Positions 58,227-64,000 of a DNA stretch of 64,000 nucleotides are shown piece after piece (within the stretch, counting starts at the first letter, position 1; each line of letters begins with the position of its first letter). A model generated the notes under the pieces. The model did not search any database and was not told where the DNA came from. It was given only the letters and a program-made list of their open reading frames with translations. Source of the stretch: Bacteroidia bacterium (GTDB lineage Bacteria; Bacteroidota; Bacteroidia; Palsa-965); assembly GCA_044344795.1 (NCBI GenBank), contig JBIJCF010000008.1, positions 18,388 to 82,387 of the forward strand. The letters run 5' to 3'. A program made the translations under genes and the position numbers.

Positions 58227-60527
58227 CTATTTCTTTTTTGGCTTCGACAACTGATTCATTAAGTCATAAATGTGCAAACGTACGCGCTCCTTATTCGCTC
58301 TTTGCTTGTCCATTTGCGCGCGAGATGCATACACTGCTTGCCCGGTTTTCATGTCGTAAACAATTGCCACAACATAAACATCTTCACGCGGCGTGAACAA
58401 TTTATACAAACCGAAAGGCGCGAACGGCACAACACTCAACCCTAAAATACGCATCACTTTACCTTCTCGCTTTTCCTTGTAAGAAAACACTGCAGTCCAC
58501 ATGAAATAACTGGTACAGTACTTCGATACAAGCGCGTCTGTTGCTGTTGGAGAAAATGGCAGTACACTTTTCCCTTTCACTTCCGTCCGATGATCAAACC
58601 AATCATTGATGGTCATCAGATCATTAAAGCGATCCACACTAGTGGAATCCATACTTCCGGGATCCAACAAAGTAACATCAATGCCTAATGATTTACCTGA
58701 ACTTACCAATTCCGTCATAAGCATTTTCTTCCCACGAACAGAAGCACGTACATCAATTTCACTCTGCTCATTTCTGTAATCGTATGCAATATAAATCGGG
58801 TTTACAGCAACAACTTTATGAATATCCTGAGGACCTGAAATCGCATTCTCTTTTTCTGCACGAAGCGCATCGCGTTCCTTCCGGGAAAGTTCCCAATACA
58901 GGGAATCCTGAAAGCCGATACTATCTGCAATGTGCACAGCCTGTCTAAATTTGCTTACAAATAAGGGGTCTGCAAATTCATTAATTAAACCAAATTGCCA
59001 ATACTCATAACCTTCCAATGAATCACGTTCGAGAAAATCTATTGCAGCCTGAAACTGTAATCCCGGTGTAGTCCCTTTCATCTTACGAGCGATCGTGGTA
59101 TCAGCTGCTGCGCGCTTTCCTAATAAAACAAATACAGAGTCGTTTTTCTCAAAATCAAATTCGCGCAATTCGTTCTTTTCAGTCAGCTCCTTAAATAAAG
59201 AATTCGTCCAGATTTCAATGTCTTTATCCTCCGGATATTTACGATGTACCATCCAAGCATATTTTAGCGCCATTACAGTCCAACCTTTACCACTCACCTT
59301 ATTGATGTAAAACTTCATCCTACCTAACTCACCCGTAGGTTTGGTATCATCCGTATCGTACATCCCCGACATCAAAGACTCAAACAACGCCGAGAAATCC
59401 TCAAATGAATATTTCTTGTTCTTTTGTAAGGCCATCGCATACAAGGCGCGAACCATTTCCTTTTGTAAGAAAAAATTACTCGGATACAATTGCTGCATCG
59501 AGTAATTCATGTAAATGGCAGTGCGGTAATTTGCTTCGTTAGTATGCAAGAAACATTCTTCAAAACGCGCCATCATCTTTACACGTAAAAAGAACTCGCG
59601 CGAAACCAAAAAATACGAACCCGTTGTATCACTTAACTTTCCAAATCGTTTAATCATTCCCTTCTTACGTTTCGTCGTACTAGGGTGTGTTGCGAAATCA
59701 TTTTCTCGCTCACTATCGTCAATCTTGTATGGTTTTACCGTATCAGCATAAAACTTAGAGGGAAAAAACAAGTAGTCACTTTCAAAAAAACTTTTCTTAA
59801 ACAATGTATCACTGTACGGTAAATCAGCTGCTGCTAAAATATCAAAAGCAGTTATCGCAGCGTGCGGATCATAATTGGAGCGCACCAACAATTCAAAGCC
59901 GTCTTCATCGGCTTGTGTTTCTTGGTTGCGAGCGTAGCGGTGCTTTTTCAAAAAACGATTCTCAAAAGTCATCGCTTCATACTGTCCTATTCCCTCTTTC
60001 AACTTTACACCTTCGATATAACCCGACAATACATGACGACGTTTGTAGTGAATAATTTCATGCGCCAACACATACGCTAATTCAGCTTCATTGCGCAAAC
60101 GCGTAAGCAATCCGACTGTTACAAAAATTGCACCTTGATCCGTTGCAAACGCATTAACAACCGGACTCCTTAAAACATAAATATGCAATTGACTGCGGAG
60201 TACAGGATCATGAGCAAGCAAGCTGTCCGCAACACGGTTGACATACATTCCCATCGAATCATTCACAAGAATCGATCCACTGAAGCGTATCTGATCAATG
60301 GAATAGGCTGTCTGCATGTAAAATTCTTCTTCCGCCTTTTGCAGCTGCTGATTTTGACCTTTATCGATTTGTTGGCTCGCGTCTTCATAACGCTGAGTAG
60401 TTGAAATCAACAAGTCTTTCGGAAGATAACCGGACGACTGAGCAGGACGATACTGATCCATGGAAGGGAGTTGTGCGAAAACGCAGAAGTGCAGGACACT
60501 AAACAGCAATATCAAATATATTCTCAT
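58227..60527 (-). CDS. Large secreted M48-family metalloprotease (paralog B)
   Basis: Signal peptide MRIYLIL...VFA-Q; VNAFA, EAELAYVLAHEIIH, QETQAD and ATHP..R. Confidence 0.85.
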   Translation of the reverse strand: MRIYLILLFSVLHFCVFAQLPSMDQYRPAQSSGYLPKDLLISTTQRYEDASQQIDKGQNQQLQKAEEEFYMQTAYSIDQIRFSGSILVNDSMGMYVNRVADSLLAHDPVLRSQLHIYVLRSPVVNAFATDQGAIFVTVGLLTRLRNEAELAYVLAHEIIHYKRRHVLSGYIEGVKLKEGIGQYEAMTFENRFLKKHRYARNQETQADEDGFELLVRSNYDPHAAITAFDILAAADLPYSDTLFKKSFFESDYLFFPSKFYADTVKPYKIDDSERENDFATHPSTTKRKKGMIKRFGKLSDTTGSYFLVSREFFLRVKMMARFEECFLHTNEANYRTAIYMNYSMQQLYPSNFFLQKEMVRALYAMALQKNKKYSFEDFSALFESLMSGMYDTDDTKPTGELGRMKFYINKVSGKGWTVMALKYAWMVHRKYPEDKDIEIWTNSLFKELTEKNELREFDFEKNDSVFVLLGKRAAADTTIARKMKGTTPGLQFQAAIDFLERDSLEGYEYWQFGLINEFADPLFVSKFRQAVHIADSIGFQDSLYWELSRKERDALRAEKENAISGPQDIHKVVAVNPIYIAYDYRNEQSEIDVRASVRGKKMLMTELVSSGKSLGIDVTLLDPGSMDSTSVDRFNDLMTINDWFDHRTEVKGKSVLPFSPTATDALVSKYCTSYFMWTAVFSYKEKREGKVMRILGLSVVPFAPFGLYKLFTPREDVYVVAIVYDMKTGQAVYASRAQMDKQRANKERVRLHIYDLMNQLSKPKKK

Positions 60528-60608
60528 AGATATTCTAAAGTACACAATTTGGAAAATGGGATCAAGTCTTTAACCCAAGAACTTTATTAAGAATATGCAA
60601 ACAACAGG

Positions 60609-60959
60609 TTATTCAACACGCACAGCGACTTGTTCACTCGGCTCTGCAGGATGAATACCACAAGTGAAGTAATATATACCAACAGCACTAAACGTATGCA
60701 CATGCGACTCCCCGGTGCGAATAACTCCGGTTTGAAACAATGCCCCCTGCAACTGATGATTAGGATTTCCCTTGTTGATAAAAGTAACGGCTGTCCCCAC
60801 CGGAATCCGCAACTGTTGCGGGTTAAACAATTTATACTCTAACCAAATTTCATTTGGACCGGGAGCCTCATCAGGTTCTTTGTTACACCCAAAAAACATA
60901 ACCGCGGCTATTATAGTCGCGGTTACATTTTTAAAATAACATTTAAAATAATTAGGCAT
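60609..60959 (-). CDS. Cupredoxin (plastocyanin/azurin-like) lipoprotein
   Basis: Lipobox FFG-C; FNPQQL.IPVGT.V.F.N...H; G....HTF...G.Y.F.CGIHP. Confidence 0.78.
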   Translation of the reverse strand: MPNYFKCYFKNVTATIIAAVMFFGCNKEPDEAPGPNEIWLEYKLFNPQQLRIPVGTAVTFINKGNPNHQLQGALFQTGVIRTGESHVHTFSAVGIYYFTCGIHPAEPSEQVAVRVE

Positions 60960-62277
60960 TCACAACACCGATTTTCTTTTTCAATCCTTCTGTTGTAATT
61001 GATCCCGGACGCTCAATAGGATGACCCAAAGCACGATCCCAAATCAATGACGCAAGAACGCCTAATGCACGTGAAACGCCAAACAATACAGTATAAAAGT
61101 CGAACTCTGTAATACCATAATGCATCAGCAATGCACCGGAATGAGCATCAACGTTTGGCCAAGGATTCTTGATTTTACCTGTTCCTTCCAAAATCGGAGG
61201 AGCAACTTTATAAATCGATTGCACGATTTCACAAAGTGGATCAACACCTTTTGTTGCCTTAATATAACGCGTGTAAAAATCTTGTTGGGCACTGAAACGC
61301 GGATCTGTTTTACGCAATACCGCATGACCATAACCCGGAACAACGCGTCCTGCAGCCAATGTGTCTTTAATGTATTGCTCAATTTGCGCTTCGCTTGGTA
61401 ATTCTGCACCAATCTCCTCACGCATTTTTAAAATCCACATAATTACTTCCTGATTCGCCAAACCATGCAGAGGCCCCGCCAAACCATTCATACCCGCAGC
61501 AAACGCCAAATACGGATCACTTAATGCAGAACCAACCAAATGCGTAGTGTGTGCACTTACGTTGCCTCCTTCATGATCAGCGTGAATCGTCATGTATAAA
61601 CGCATCAAACGTTTTACATCAAACTCATCATAACCCATCATGTGAGCCATATTCGCAGCCCAATCTAGTTTTGGATCAGGTTCAATATGCTCGTTATTCT
61701 TATACTTCTTGCGATAGATATAAGCAGCAACGCGAGGTAGGCGTGCAATCAGATTCATAGAGTCTTCATACACGTAATCCCAATATTCTTTTTTACCGAT
61801 ACCGTCGCGATATGCTTTCGCAAATAATGATTCAGTCTGCATGGCCATAACAGCTATACTGAACATAGTCATTGGATGCGTAGATGACGGCAATTTGTCA
61901 ATAGTATCAAATACATGCTTGGGTACAATCGCGCGACGTGCCCAGTTATTACTGATGTTATAAGCTTCTTCAGCAGTCGGCAATTCACCAACCAACATCA
62001 AGTAAAAAATACCTTCAGGAAGTGGCTCTGTACCATTCGGCGCCTTTGGGAGTTTCTCGCGAAGTTCAGGAATGCTGTAACCTCTGAAACGAATTCCTTC
62101 TTCAGCATCCAACTTGGATGTTTCGGTTACTAATCCTGTAATGCCCTTCATCCCTTGATACACTTGAGCTACAGTGTATTCTCCCAATTTTTTATCACCG
62201 TGTTCTTTAATCAAAGCCTTCACCTCTGCAGCCATTGGCGCGGCTTTCGCAATAAATTTCTCTTTTAAGGTATCCAT
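60952..62277 (-). CDS. gltA: Citrate synthase, eukaryotic type
   Basis: GIRFRGYSIPE, HADHEGGNVSAH, GLAGPLHGLANQE, VPGYGHAVLR and WPNVDAHSG; start likely MDTLKEK. Confidence 0.95.
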   Translation of the reverse strand: MDTLKEKFIAKAAPMAAEVKALIKEHGDKKLGEYTVAQVYQGMKGITGLVTETSKLDAEEGIRFRGYSIPELREKLPKAPNGTEPLPEGIFYLMLVGELPTAEEAYNISNNWARRAIVPKHVFDTIDKLPSSTHPMTMFSIAVMAMQTESLFAKAYRDGIGKKEYWDYVYEDSMNLIARLPRVAAYIYRKKYKNNEHIEPDPKLDWAANMAHMMGYDEFDVKRLMRLYMTIHADHEGGNVSAHTTHLVGSALSDPYLAFAAGMNGLAGPLHGLANQEVIMWILKMREEIGAELPSEAQIEQYIKDTLAAGRVVPGYGHAVLRKTDPRFSAQQDFYTRYIKATKGVDPLCEIVQSIYKVAPPILEGTGKIKNPWPNVDAHSGALLMHYGITEFDFYTVLFGVSRALGVLASLIWDRALGHPIERPGSITTEGLKKKIGVVNA

Positions 62278-62382
62278 AATCCTGATGTCTTTCTTCACGT
62301 AAACAGCTACGTAAGTCCTTTTGTTCTATTGATGGTTATGCGTTAAAAATAAGCCTAAGTTGCAGAATTAACAAGTATTTCA

Positions 62383-63681
<1,299 letters not shown>

Positions 63682-63684
63682 TTA

Positions 63685-64000
63685 TTAAGCGTGAGCGCCT
63701 TTACGCGCATGATTGATCATGGTAACAAAATCATCAAATAAATAACGAGAATCATACGGCCCCGGATTCGCTTCAGGGTGATACTGAACACAGAACACCT
63801 TTTTTGTTTTGTGGCGAATGCCTTCTATCGTGTTATCATTCAAATTTAAATGCGTCACTTCGATATCCGGATTATTTGAAATATCCTCTGCAACCACAGC
63901 AAAACCGTGATTCTGCGAAGTAATTTCTGATTTGCCGGTTATTACATTTTTCACGGGATGATTAATACCGCGATGGCCGTTATGCATTTTGTAGGTGCGT
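63685..64000 (-). CDS. carA: Carbamoyl-phosphate synthase small subunit (C-terminal part; 5' end outside window)
   Basis: [19 protein letters not shown] and [12 protein letters not shown]. Confidence 0.93.
   Translation of the reverse strand, partial: RTYKMHNGHRGINHPVKNVITGKSEITSQNHGFAVVAEDISNNPDIEVTHLNLNDNTIEGIRHKTKKVFCVQYHPEANPGPYDSRYLFDDFVTMINHARKGAHA

Noticed and set aside
60952-62277. Eukaryote-type citrate synthase as a recent horizontal transfer from a eukaryote
   Set aside because: This form is known in Bacteroidota, and the gene sits in an ordinary carA-eno-gltA context.

Overview
A gene-dense core-genome segment of a Bacteroidota bacterium. The assignment rests on T9SS C-terminal domains, signal peptides cleaved before Gln, TAnnTTTG -7 promoter boxes and a eukaryote-type citrate synthase. 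Contents: the tail of an N-glycan-processing trio (GH92, glycosylasparaginase, ROK kinase); a MarR-fadN-fadA-creD-fadE beta-oxidation cluster with an acyl-CoA ligase and a convergent desaturase; housekeeping genes (ltaE, purK, purE, truA, amn, holA, pyrG, gltA, eno, carA, AddB-like nuclease, UbiD); four T9SS cargo proteins; a TonB-dependent receptor; and several peptidases. I saw no rRNA, tRNA, CRISPR array, transposase or prophage. Reading the raw sequence revealed three pseudogenes that the ORF track misses or splits: an outer-membrane barrel with an in-frame TAA, a YjdI-type Fe-S/CDGSH fusion with several lesions, and a frameshifted SiaC. It also showed a REP-like palindrome, a MarR operator-like palindrome and two sigma54-like promoters. 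The best candidates for poorly described systems are (i) a FadL/PorV-like barrel coupled to a ComEA-HhH/beta-barrel fusion (possible pilus-independent DNA uptake), (ii) two convergent large M48 protease paralogs flanking a small OM barrel, and (iii) an uncharacterised membrane protein-amidohydrolase pair coupled to truA between purK and purE. All family calls come from motif recognition; no database searches were run.
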